From: Takakia lepidozioides
Taxonomy: Eukaryota; Plantae; Bryophyta
Assembly (NCBI GenBank): GCA_030704615.1
Contig: CM060734.1
Location: 8,556,001 to 8,620,000, forward strand
Reading direction: 5' to 3'
Length of the DNA stretch: 64,000 nucleotides
This document shows, piece after piece, positions 25,905 through 38,494 of this stretch. The notes below the pieces were generated by a model that had not been told where the DNA came from, did no database searches, and saw nothing but the letters and a program-made list of their open reading frames with translations. The translations under genes were made by a program, and so were the position numbers. Position 1 is the first letter of the stretch, and every line of letters starts with the position of its first letter.

Positions 25905-28216
25905 ATGGGTGTGCGAGTGAATGTTGAAAAGGCCTGCATACCTTGGGATAGAGTTGGTGACTTCATCCTGGGAGAGGAGAGTTTGGAGGACTGCCCCACT
26001 CAGTTTTGGGTGAATGTCCATTCTAAAGTGGAACCCGGCTCGCGAAAAACACCCAGAGCCAACACATTTCTGTCCTGCATTATGTGTGCACCATCCTCAG
26101 TCCTTTTGACGTTTCATTGCATGTCTGTTGCCATTTTTTGTTTCACGAGTTCTCTGATTTTATGCTTCCTCAAGTCGTTGGATATCGATTTTAGAATTTT
26201 CTGTCCAGATATCAATGCTGTTACGGTCCTGATGACAAGCGCACCAACAAGGCAATAGTGGAGGATCCAAAACAGAAGCGTGAAGGACCTCTTGTGGGTG
26301 CTGGAACATCTTGCCCTCATAAAGGCCCAAGGAGAAAGAAGTCGGAGTATGGAGAGTCTTACAAACGTGGTTGCCAATGTTGTTTCAAGGTCCAGCAATG
26401 CTATCTCGCCCCTGACATCTGTGTCCTCACGTACTACAACAACATGGAGCATACAGATGCGCAAGGGAAACCCTCGCATGGAAGTTCGCAACGTTCAGGA
26501 ACACCCGCCACGCCTATGCACCACACATTAGCGAGGAATTGAAAGCCTGGGTCGTCGAGTGTTTGTGCCGAGGCCTGTCGGTCGCCCAAATCATGATGGA
26601 GCATAAAGAGCACGTGATGAACAACACCGGCTTGAGTGATGCATGGACCCGCGATGATTTCTTGTTGGAGAACCTTGCCGAGAAACGTGCGTGACAAACC
26701 TTCAAAAAGCACGCCGATGATGCAGAGAGTGTGCGCATGTGGAGAGACCAGAATCATGCGTCCGTTTTTTTCTATCAAGAGGAGAAATTAGAGCCAACAT
26801 TCGAGCATTTTGATGGAGATTTAACATTCACTATTGGCATACAGACTCCGTGGCAGAAACGACGAATGCTGGAACTAAGACATGACCGTATCGTTGCATG
26901 TGATGCAACTTTTGGGACAAATCATGACAAGGTGCTATTCGAACGATTCCATGGACTTGTACGAGCATGATAGCATAATACCATGCAACATTCACATAAT
27001 ATTTGGTGTGCTGACCCTTTCTGTATGTTTAGGGTTGTGTACATTGCGGAAGACCGAGAGGCAGACCCATTGTGAACCGCTACAGACCTCATCACTCTTA
27101 TGAAGTCTTCTCGTGCAGAACTGAGTGAAATTTGCATGCTCTGACCATCTTACATTGTGCATTCCAACAGTTCTCATTGTACACGTTGATGGTCTTCGAC
27201 GAGTGGTTGAACGGTATACCAGTTGCCTATATTCTATCCGCAAGGAATCGGACAAGAGACCTGGTTCCGTGGATGAGAGCCTTACGCGATTCACTCCTCG
27301 CAGATTTGCCGAGCTGGCGACCCAATGCCTTCATTGTGGACGATGCCGAAGCAGAAATCAACGCTATTCGGTAAGTCTGTTGGTCCACAGCACCGGTCCA
27401 TTGTTGAGGTCCACTGCAGCAGTCCATTGCTACAGTCCACTGGCAGACTCATGTGGCGAAACCCGATGGCAGTTCGCTGGGCAAATCCACTGGTAGTCCG
27501 CTGTCAAGTCCGGTCATCAGTCCCCTGGCAAGTCCGCTGGCAGTCCCCGGCAAGTCCGCTCGGCAGTCCGCTGCCAAGTCCGCTGCCAAGTCCACTCAGC
27601 AGTCCCTGGGGTCGGCCGTCCGCTGCCAAGTCCACTCGGCAGTCCCTGGCAAGTCCGCTTGGCAGTCCGCTGTGGTAGTCCAATGGGGCAGTCCGCTGCC
27701 CCAGTCCTAGCTAGGGGAAGTCCAATGGGGTTATTCCAGCACATCAACGTCATGGCATTGTACTTCCTTCTCTTCCGAACCGAACAAGGAACCCTCTCCA
27801 GCTTGACTACCTCTCTTCCTCCGGACAACTTCCCCTACGACGAGGCACCTCTGGAGGTCTCAGCCTCATTGAAACAAGAATTCGCGGACATACTTCGCAT
27901 TGTAGGTGATGACAAATATCTGGAGGCACATGCCCGATCTACTCTTCATATGTGCAGAGGGCAGCTCGTTGATATCCTGGCGAAAAATGCGGCTGAAATG
28001 TTGCACCCTGCGGCAGCGAAGGCTTTCCGTCCTCTGAACGACAACAACAACATGTCTCTGAAAAGGAGACGAGATTTCGTGGAGGCCTGGAAAACCCGGC
28101 CTAGGGTTTTGCGGAGAACCAGCAAGAGGGTGTCTGCGCCTGTACCTGCAGCACATATATACTCGAAAATTCGCAAGGTTTCAGGTCGTGTAGATGTCAC
28201 GAAGAAGACAATATAA
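25905..28216 (+). pseudogene. MULE (MuDR-type) transposase, degenerate
   Basis: RGCQC.F...H zinc motif; IGIQTPWQ...VACDATFGTN; LYTLMVFDEWLNGIPVAY...FIVDDAEAEINAIR. GT-AG introns, stops and frameshifts; C-terminal catalytic/SWIM exons not seen. Confidence 0.85.
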
Positions 28217-28424
28217 GTCTGCAATGCCTCGAAAAGAGACAAGGTTTCACGTCGTGTAGGTGTCACGGAGAAGACAATATAAGTCTGCAATTCCTCGAAA
28301 AGAGACAAGGTTTCATGTCGTGTAGGTGTCACGAAGAAGACAATATAAGTCTGCAATTCCTCGAAAAGAGACAAGGTTTCATGTCGTGTAGGTGTCACGA
28401 AGAAAACAATATAAGTCTGCAATT
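28174..28424. repeat. 66-bp tandem repeat, about 4 copies
   Basis: caaggtttcaNgtcgtgtaggtgtcacgaagaagacaatataagtctgcaattcctcgaaaagaga repeated. Confidence 0.9.
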
Positions 28425-28958
28425 CTTCTGGTAGCATTGTCCCTTTCTGAAATACAAGTCCGCAATGGACTAATGCACAGTCTCCCAACGGACTCCTCCA
28501 GTCTCCCAACTGACTCCTACACAGTCTCGCAAGCATAGTCTCCCAACGGACTCACGCACAGTCTCCCAACAGAGTCACAGTCAACAGACTGCGAACGCCA
28601 GTAAGCCAGTCTGCTGCCCACTCCAAAAGTCTGCTCACCACACTTCCACCTCATCCCTGCAACTTATGCCAATCCAGCGTCCCAGCGGACTCATGGACAT
28701 GGTGCCTCCCAAACTAGGTACCAGACCCAGCAGTCCTAGCCTCGGCAGCGTACTGCTCGCACATTCAAGCTCAGTAGACTCGGGTGCACAGTGCATGGAA
28801 AAATTGACACCATTGTGTCCATTGAGTTTAGTGGCAACATTACAAAACATGCCAGCACCCACAGTACACAAAAGTGCTCATCACCATTGGAATAGTAAGC
28901 GAAAAGACTCGCATTTTTTATTTCGGTACATAGACTTCACAGGACAAGTACATCATAC

Positions 28959-29228
28959 TCATGAGAGCAGTTTCTCTACATTGTCCAACCCCCGCATGAT
29001 ATACTGGGCACACTGCATTCGCTGCCCAAGTGCAAACTTGAAAGTAAACCAGTCCTTCGTGAAAGGTGTTCCTCTCTCTGGCTTTGCAGTGTTAGAGACA
29101 TTTGCTCTGACTTTTACCCACTCATAAAACACTTGAATGAATGACATGACGTAAAAGCCACACTCCCAGCTGAATGGTTGTTGGGGCACATCAGGCGCGT
29201 GGAACTGAAATGCTTGGACAATCATTTG
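28959..29228 (-). pseudogene. C-terminal half of the Ulp1/C48 peptidase
   Basis: QMIVQAFQFHAPDVPQQPFSWECGFYVMSF contains the oxyanion Gln and catalytic Cys motif of C48 proteases. Confidence 0.8.
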
Positions 29229-30559
29229 TCCCGGGAAGACCCGCAACACTGGTTTCTGGTACAACACTGGTTTCTTCCCCAGTCCTGCGCAATTTCCTAC
29301 GTGGGAAAAGTCACAGGAGGCAAATTCAATAGGGCCATATGTCGGTGATTTGTCAACTCCAGGGGACCACCCACCCTCTCCTTCCGCATCGAGAGAATCT
29401 TCGAGCCTGCACATGAGGCAACGGTTGGCTGACCCAGGTTTTCCCTGGTAACCATAACCAGTGCTGCTCTCCACCTTCCTAAAGCCCTGCTCAAACAATG
29501 TAACTTACTGAAAACATAACATGTCTTTTGTTCGTCTTTATAACCTCACCTCCCCTCCTTCGCGTTTGTTTTGTTCTGCATGTTGTCCACATGTTGCTGA
29601 ACTTGTGCTCAAGAGGCTGCCCAAAATGGGCTCAGTGGGAGTGAAGACAAGACCCCTTTTCTTGCATGCTCTAAACTCTACACCACCAGCTTGACACCTG
29701 GAGAGTAGCTTTCTACTGCTATGTCGTTCCAACTTTGCCAGAGATATGCAATTGTGACCACACAAAGAAGTGAAGGGAATCAATATTGGTGGATTGAAAG
29801 CTATAACCTTTGTGAAGGAGAAGGCGGAGGCATAAGTGCTACCTTTTTCAACTACAAGGTCTCTTCTGGCCAAGAACATACATCATTTGCAAGGCCGGGA
29901 TGCTGTGGAATGTGTAAACCAAACTCACAATTCATCATAAACAGCAAATATGTTATTAGAGGCAAACATATGCCCACCTTGTGCTGTGGTAAACATTGAA
30001 GGGAAAAATCTCTTAAAGAATGCTTCATCGTTACATCAGTTCAATGTCACAACGCCTAGGCATCTATGCATAGGAACCACTTCTGAGACAAACAATCTTT
30101 CCATGCCATACATGCAACTTTCAAACAATTGCCTCTGAAGCTGATGATGAAAGAGGATGGATAAAGCACTACGCATCCTCATTTTTCCAGTGCCACTAAG
30201 TATCTGGGTTCCCCGTTGTAGAATGCACTCCTACAAACAATTAAAAGGAGAAAGACCTACATGTAGCAATGTCTCTGGTGGAAATAAAACTGTCTGTATG
30301 TCCTAGCATCCAGTCATCACATGAGTCCAGAATAAGAAAATGCATAATAGCAGCAATACTACACTGCCACAGTTTCTAAACTGCCAGATCCATCCAACCA
30401 CAATGAATTCAGAACCCTTCCACAGACAATAAGTAGAAGCAAACATCCCTTTGGCGTGAAGTGACATTGCTTGTTTCGGGAGGATTGTTTTATTTTTCCC
30501 TTGAACATATGTTGGTTCTCTCTTTTCTCCCTGTCCTCTAGGGAGCCTATTGACATTGG

Positions 30560-33500
30560 GTGGACTTGAAACGGTAGTACATTAATGTCTCTGTGACTAA
30601 ATGCCGGCCTTGTGACCTCGTGTCCTTGTTTGTTTCGACCTGAAGCGCTTGCTTCAGGTGAGGTAGTGCATTGGATTTAGTTGGAAAGCTTGGGGCCTTT
30701 CCCTCTTTAGAATATGCCTACACGGGCCATTCCCTGCAACTCCCTGGAGTGTGATCTCTGAATGGTAACAAGCGGACTCCTACCGCTTGGGGGCAGCCCC
30801 TCCGCCCAAATTGGGCAGTCGTATGCTCTGTCTAGCATACTCCGCACTTGGGCTCGGGTTGGTTCCTGTGCTTAAACTTATGGCCTGCGAAAACAATCAA
30901 AAATTTAGCTCCTATCAACATCAACACTCCTCAGGGTGATCCCTGGGAATTGGTTACTTATGCCAAATCTAGGGCTTCATGTATAGTTTTTGGAGTGAAT
31001 CCCAGGATGGACGATGTGTCCTTTAAAACTACATGCTCTAGCTTAGGCTTGGATTTCATGACTAATGGTACCATCTCGAGACTTGATAACAAGGGTACGT
31101 TGAAGGTTGCAATGACCAAAAGTGCTTCTAATAGAGTCCCGCATCAATTCAATCTCAAAGAAGTTCGTCCCTTGACTGGCTGGAGAGCGGTCTTAGACAT
31201 TGGTGATTCAATGGGGCGCTCTAGGAAGACAACCAAGGGCAACAACTTCAACTTGAGAGTTTCTAATCGGTTTGATGCTCTGGATGAGGTTGAATCCAAA
31301 CAGCCAGAAGGACAAGATGCCCCTGCGTGTACGGAACCTGAACGTCCTGAATCTGAAGGATTTGGTACTCTGAATGGTTTACCAATCCTCAAGGTTTACA
31401 CAAGACGAACAAATTCTATACACGGGGTAATTGTCCCCAAGCCGTCAGATGGACAATCTGTCCCTAAGTGTGCAGAGCCTGAACGTCGTGTAACATTGTC
31501 CCCAAGCAGTCTGACGGACAATCTGCCCCTATGTGTGCAGAGCCTGTGCGTCGTGTAACTGAAAGATTTGGTACCCTGAATGGTTTACCAATTCTCAAAG
31601 TTTACAGAAGACGAGCAAAATCTACACATGGGGTAACTGTCCCCCCTTCGCAGAACGGTTGGCCGTCCAGGAGCAATCACAAGCTACCTAGACGACAAAC
31701 AATTCACACGCAAAGGGCTGGCTTGCGGCTGGCCACTTTCAACTTCTCCGGGTTGACCAACCAAAGGAAACAAGTTGAAGTGGGACAAGTTCTTCGGACT
31801 AATGATATTCATATCTGTGCTAGGCAAGAAACATGGGAAACGTCGGATAAACTGGTTGGAGATGTCATTGGTTATAAATGGGCAGGTAAGATGTGTACTC
31901 TCAAGACAGCCTCTGCCAAACGCGGTCAAAAAGGGGTCGGATTCTTTGTCCGTGATTTCTTGTTTGACAATTGTGAAATTATCAACAAGGGTTTGAGGTA
32001 CGAGCATAGTATCTGGCTAAAACTGAATTTGAAGGGCGGCATGAGTACAAAGGACCTCTTTGTTGGTTGTGTTTACATGCCCACAGAGGGGACCCTTAGT
32101 GCTGACGCAGACAAGGCCCTCGAAGATGTAAAGCTGGACTGTGCTTTGTTCCTTGCCAAAGGTCAGGTGGTACTATTGGGGGACTTCAATGCCCGGGTGG
32201 GCAAAGGGATCCATCAGGACGATATCATTGGACCTTTTGGTGAGGACGAGCTGAATTCTAATGGCAGACGGTTAATTAACTGTCTAGAAGAGCTTCAGCT
32301 TTTGACCTTGAATAACAGGACAAGAGGTGACCAAGTGCAGTGGACTCGTGAGAAACCCCAAACTGGGGAACGTTCCATTGTGGACTATATCATAATGGAC
32401 AAAATTTTGTTCCCCCAGTGTGCCAATGTGTTGATCGACAGAACTGATATTGGTACCTCTGACCACTTCCTGGTTTGGACTGAGATCAAAAGGTGTTTTC
32501 CCACCACGAAGAGATCTGTGAAACGTTCGATTCGGAAGTGGCGCATACAAAAATTCCACAATTCTCCCTCATTTTGTCCAATCGCTCCAAGAACTTCAGT
32601 CACGCTCTGTTAACGCAAGAAATGAAGTCGAAAGAGCAGTGGACTCTTGGGAGAGTTTCGTTTCCTCCATGGCTGACAAGATCATTGGGAGGAAACTAAT
32701 TGTCTGCGGTAGAGCAGTTAATTGGTGGACTAATGAGATTAAACTCAAGATAGCTGAGAGACGAGCCCTCTATAAAGAGTGCTGCAATTTGGAAACCAAC
32801 AGAGAATTGTGGGCGAGGTACTACCAGCTCCGTAAAGATATCAATCAGCTTGTTAGGTCTCAGAAGAAATTATACTGGGACAAGTTATACAGTGAAATAA
32901 ACTCAAACCACCATGGTGGTAATGACAAGAAATTCTGGTTGGCCCTTCAACGTTTGTACAAACCGAAAAACGGTCAGCAAGTACAAGCGCTGAAGACTAC
33001 TAAAGGTAAAGTGGTGACTTCATCGGTTGACATTGTCAAAACCTTTGAAACTCACTACAGTATCCTTGGCAGAACTTCTAGGTCTAACAGTGAGGGGTCT
33101 TCTGCTGAATGGAGGGACACAGTTGGAAAAACTGTTCCTATGATTCAAAACAGCCCTGATGAACTGGAGTATATTTCAATGGCTTATAATGCTCCCATTA
33201 GTTCTTCTGAGATTGTGGAAGCAAATGGATATAAAGCTGGTGGACCTGATGGTATTGTCAACGAGCTTATCAAGCACGGTGGCGATCCCATGATAGAGGC
33301 CCTAGTTCTCCTCTTTAACCTTATCTGGAAGACTGAAATGATCCCCTTTCGCTGGCGACAGGGGGTCATTGTCAATCTATACAAGAAGGGTGACAGAGAA
33401 GAACCGGGGAACTACCGTGGCATCACGCTCCTCAATGCTGTTGGCAAGACATTCTGCAGAGTTATAAGTACTCGTCTCGAGGTTGATCTGGAGTCTAGAG

Positions 33501-35250
33501 GTTGTTTCCACGAAGGCCAAGCTGGCTTTCGGCGAAACAGGGGCTGTGTGGATCATATCTTCACTCTAAGCAAGATTATCCAGGGAAGGAAAAAAGAAGG
33601 GAAACCCACTTATGTCTTTTTCCTGGATGTCAAAAAGGCTTATGACACAGTGTGGAGAGATGGCCTGGTTCCGCCTCTGGTCTTGTGGGATCAAGGGAAA
33701 GATGTGGAGAGTTGTCCACAACTTGTATGCTCACACCAAAAGCTGTGTCACTGTTTAACGGACAGAAGTCCAACTTCTTTGACATAGACCAAGGTGTAGC
33801 TCAAGGATGTACTCTCTCCCCTCTGCTCTTCAATGTTTTCATCAATCAACTCCTCGAGGATGTGGAAAGTGAGGGATTTGGGTTAAGGGTGGGTGATACC
33901 ACCGTACCAGCCCTTATGTTTGCGGATGACTTCGCAGGCATAGGGGAGACTCCAACCAATCTCCAGGAGTTGATTGATTGCGCGAAGAGATACTTTGATC
34001 TTTGGGGCTAGAGGCTAATGTCAGCAAATGTGCAGTGGTAGCATTCAACGACAGAGGAGAGGGAGGAAGTGATCTTAAGTGGCAGTGGGGTAGCCAAGAG
34101 ATCCCGGTCCTCCCTTCCTACACTTACCTGGGCGTTGAGTTCTCCTCCAATTGTAACTGGGATGCACATATCCGGAAAGTTGTTCAAACTGGCAAGGGCA
34201 AAGCTCTGGGGCTCACTAAATTTTTCCACTGCAGAGGGGTCAACTCTGAGGTTAAGAAAACCATGCTTTGTCGCGTTATTAGACCTGCCTTGGAGTACGG
34301 ATCTGCTATATGGGTTGATAACTCCAACCAGGCTAAGTCTCTAGAATCCATTCAAGTGGGGGTGCTTAAGGAGTGTATGTCAGCATGCTCCAAAACAGCC
34401 AATGTGGCTGTTCGGGGTGAGTTTGGCATTCCGTCCTTAAGCTCCCGACGAGATGAATTCAAGGTCAGATGGTGGGGTCAGCTGCAACATATGCCCAACA
34501 CCAGATATCCTAAATTAATCGACTCTATATCTTGGAAACAGGACCGCCCTGTCAAACAGGCTAAGTCCTGGCAGAAGAGAGTAGAAGAGATCCTCAAGGA
34601 CCTGGACCTGGATCCGCAAGTCTTGACCCTGCTGGATAAATCTGACTTAGAGGCTGTAGTGTCCTCAGCCATGTCTGTTGCCATGAGATTGTCTGATGAA
34701 AATGAAGTTAGGCAGAAAACTTCCCTGAACTTGTTTCCAGTCTGTGACATGGGGGAGGACATCTTGGATGACCTCAAGGGTCTACCCACTCTCGGCACTA
34801 GACTGAAATTTAAACTCAGGGCAGGAAGCCTACCTTTGAACAGCAAACAGAAGCAGAGAGGAAAGGGAGAGTGCAATTGCCCGTTGTGTGGGCAATCTGA
34901 AGACAGTATTCATTTTCTGATACACTGTCCGGGGTTCTCTCACCAAAGAGACGCTCTCTTCAAATCTATTAAGGGAATTGTGCCTGTACCCCTGTTTACC
35001 AACTTTGAAAGTCTCGAGGCTGAGCCAAAAGCCCAGGCCCTCCTGAGGCCTAGTTTTTGGGCAAATCACACACAGCAGATTGATGCTTGTGTGAAGGGAT
35101 TTCTAGAGGATATCTGGAAAACCCGGATTAATTCTTTATATGGAGGTAAGTCTTACTACCAACGTCAGCCCCTGACAGAGGTAGGTTCTGTCCCTTTTGT
35201 TCCCGCTCAAACTGGGCGCGGGGTCAATGGCCACAAGGCTACGGCAAACA
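30560..35250 (+). mobile_element. APE-type LINE (non-L1; RTE/RTEX-like), frameshifted
   Basis: Endonuclease (TFNFSGL, QETW, LLGDFNARVG, IVDYI, SDH; ~31720-32490), RT (NYRGITLL, QAGFR, QGCTLSP, MFADD) and a C-terminal CPLC...H...HC knuckle. The 5' boundary is approximate and no TSD was found. Confidence 0.88.
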
Positions 35251-35337
35251 ACGTCTTATGAGTACAATCTCTCCCCCCATTGAAATCCATGCATACATTA
35301 ACCTGACATGCAGGGCTCAAAATAGAATAGGGAGTAC

Positions 35338-38300
35338 ACTTGAAAAGGAGCTTGGAGCCTTCAACTTGTTGAATATCCGAAACATGTATCCAAATATTAG
35401 AAACTGCAGTGGTTTCCACTCTGCTGAACCTGCTGACACCATCCAGATGGACTGTCCCCACACACCCACACCCCATCCTGCTGGGATCTCTCAAACGGTC
35501 CATGAACATCATACATGCAAAAATTTATGCAACTCACACAGTTGTCCTTTTTGTATTTCCAAATGTCATGCTTAACTATGAATGATATATCCCATGAATC
35601 CTTGGATAAACTTGCCCTAGGTTAACACATAAGCTTCTACATATCCTACTAGCACCTCAATCCCACTGAGGATGAAGAAAGTAGCTTACAAAAAGGACAG
35701 AGATGGCCAGATTGATAAGAATGTCCCTTTTATTTGAGTGCGCTGCCCTGCAGCATGCAATCCCCTGATTGGTAAGCAAAAATGAGCTCATTCTGGACAC
35801 ACAGTGTACTCTTAGTTTAACATTTTGCATAGTGCCGAGTGAGGGAAGGTCCTTAAGGTAGTCCTTGAGTCCCACTTGTTCATCACAGGCTGTGGAGAAG
35901 CTCAGTGTAGCCCCAGCTAGGCTTCAGCTAATGTGGGCCTGCATCTCTCAACTGCCTTCTCTAGAAAGTCCACCAACATACCACGAACAGGGAAGGATCA
36001 GGAGACAAACGTGGGGGGTGAGAACTAAATTAATCTAGAAAGCATGATGCTGATTCCGACAGGGAGAAAGAGAGATGGACAGTGTAATTGGGACATGTAT
36101 GGCTTGAAGAGGAGAAAGAGGCAGACAAGAAAGGAGAAATCGTTGTGTACCTTGGGCACCAAGGGAACAGTGCCTGCTTGTCTGCATACTTGATCTCCTT
36201 GGACACCTGTGTATCAAAATCTGTCATAGCTCACTGCCATGAACTTTTTGATGATGGCAGTCTAATCCTCTATCAACTAATAACATGACACTGAAATGGT
36301 GATCACAAACTTATGATGCAACTGCCAGGTATCTAATTGTCACTGCAATGGGTCTTGGTAACCAGGTCCAAGAAGTTGTCGAGACTTGAGAATTTTCACT
36401 CGTAGCTTTATACAGACAGGTTCCCAAGAGCCAACACTCCATCTAAACTAAGAACTTCCAGAGCAAGTTTCTCAACCAGTAAAAGATACCTCAAAAGAAC
36501 CAAAAGTAAGGCCCTGTTTGCGGTTGGAGAGCTGTGTCATCATGATCTTGTCATAGGCTCTCTCGAACTGCATACCATCCCACCGCCCCGAGTCCATAAT
36601 GGGTAAAACCCCTTTCTCCCTCGTACAACGAGCATACTGAGCTCCATGTACTTGCAGAGCAGACTCCAGATATCCAATAAAGAGTACAAGGACAACACAT
36701 CCAAGGCCAGAAAGGAGCTCCTTGCAAGAACAATGTGCCAATCTCTCAGACAACCGACCACCTAGCGGAAAGAGAAGACTTTGAAAAAAGATTAGAGATA
36801 GGAGAAAAAGAAACAAATAAACCCACAAATGCGACTGCAGCTTTGTATCTACTAGACAATACAACCTCTCCTGACAGAAATGACTAGCTGCTAACAGGAA
36901 AATTGGTTCGGGATATACAACAGGAAAGGGAGGACATGCACTCACCCGGGCCATAGCAGCCTCATCCCCTTGCCTTTCAGCATCTTTGCGTCTCCTGGTA
37001 TAGACAGCCTTGATATTGTCAAATTTGTCCAATGGGCTCACACCCAGAACCTGCGGTTGCTCAAAAGAAGATCCCAACCCACAACATTAAATCCACCAGC
37101 AGGTTTACAATCTGGCATGACAGATACAACCCAGCAACAGAATACCAAAACCAGATCCCTCTCTGTGTATTGCAGCAGATCAAAAGTCTCTCATGGAAAC
37201 AATCCCACAAGCTATGCCTCTTGAAGACATGAGATCCTGATATATACCCTACAAAAAATAAGGATAGCTCAAACAATGCCAATATAACCAATAGTACCTT
37301 CATCTCACGTACGAAAGTGACGGCTGCCATTGCTAAAACTCATTGCTGCTGGTCAGTACACACATTAAGACCAAGGGTGATAGGAACTCAGGGTTTATAC
37401 CTGATATGGACTAAGTTCATCTGAAGGCTCCCCACCAACAGCCCACGCACCTGCTGCACTGCATTCTATCGCATGTCTTCTTAATCCCACCCTTTCCTTC
37501 CTGCATTCATATGCTTCCAAGTGTGAGAGTACATTCTTGGCAAGGACAAAAGTTGGTCAAGTAAAGTCTAAGTGCACTCTTTCTTGGAACAATGCTCAAA
37601 TTCTCTTTGAACATGGATCTGCGATAGGTGGCGCGCACAGTTCGTTTTAAAAATGTGACGGGCAACCAAAAGGTTGAAGCACAATGGAGCCCCTGCCTAA
37701 AAGCTGAACACATAGATCATCAGAACAACTGGCTGTGAATAGTCATGAGTCAGTGCCAACACTCCCTTGCAAGGGCAATGCCTCTCAGCCTGCTCCTAAA
37801 CCCCAAATCCTGATTGTAACCAGTAGATCTGAGACCTGACCAGCCAAAATATTGGTATATTGGTTCTGCAAACTGAGGAGAGAAATATTACCGCGCACCT
37901 CCGTTGTAACACACAACATAAGAAGGAAAAGGGTTGGATGGCACTAATGACATTTAAGGAAGACCTGAACTCCTAAACATGCCCTCTACAACACTGGTTT
38001 CGAAGTTCTAATAGAAATGTCTCTCCCTCCGAAACAAACTCCCAAACTCAGAGGTGAAATGCAGGCATTGCGGCGGCACTATGCCTGCCCATACTGAGCG
38101 TAAACACGTCCTAAGCACACACCTGAAAATACAAGAAAACGGATTTCTAGACTTATAATACCCTGCAAGCCAAATGCGTCAAACTGAATCGATCTCCATA
38201 AAACCCAAACACTAGACCTGACAATACAGAGAGAGTCCCAAGCCGGCACCACGAGACAGATGTACAAACCTGCCAAATGCGTGCGAGGGCCTAACAGTGA

Positions 38301-38433
38301 ATGCAAGCCTTGCAGCCCATGCGCTGTACAGATTCCTGTTAGAAGAGATGAACTCCACTTGTCGTTGCTTGAAGCCTTGTGAGGCAGCAAGGCGAGGAAC
38401 ATAAGAATTGCAGCTTCGAGCACGGGACGCCAT
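35338..38433 (-). pseudogene. Chaperone-like protein of POR1 (CPP1)/DUF3353-family plastid J-like gene, 3' exons missing
   Basis: In-phase GT-AG exons 38433-38270, 37500-37401, 37050-36946, 36567-36490, 36206-36151, 35747-35690 and 35451-~35338. They give a transit-like N-terminus, then PYQVLGVSP...AYDKIMMTQLSNRKQGLTFGSFEVSKEIKYADKQ..FPW.PR...WKPLQF...RIFNKLK. Confidence 0.8.
35810..35960 (-). mobile_element. Old fragment related to the 30560-35250 LINE, inside an intron
   Basis: GLKDYLKDLPSLGTMQNVKLR resembles GEDILDDLKGLPTLGTRLKFKLR of the adjacent LINE. Confidence 0.55.
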
Positions 38434-38494
38434 AGCTCTTCACACTCTTGATGAAACCCACAGACCACAGTCGTCCTATACCCTCAACTGCCTC

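Larger units (their letters stand above)
15495..29228. mobile_element. Mutator-like element (MULE) with Ulp1 cargo gene, rearranged by an inversion
   Basis: ~365-bp terminal repeats at 15495-15857 and 25393-25763. Flanking 9-mers ggtttattt (15486-15494) and caataaacc (25384-25392; reverse complement ggtttattg, 8/9 match). MULE transposase and Ulp1 motifs inside. 23054-25392 is former flanking DNA. Confidence 0.85.

Noticed and set aside
29538-30420. Possible missing 3' exons of the CPP1-like gene, or another gene fragment
   Set aside because: No match to the expected C-terminal peptide and no recognisable family.
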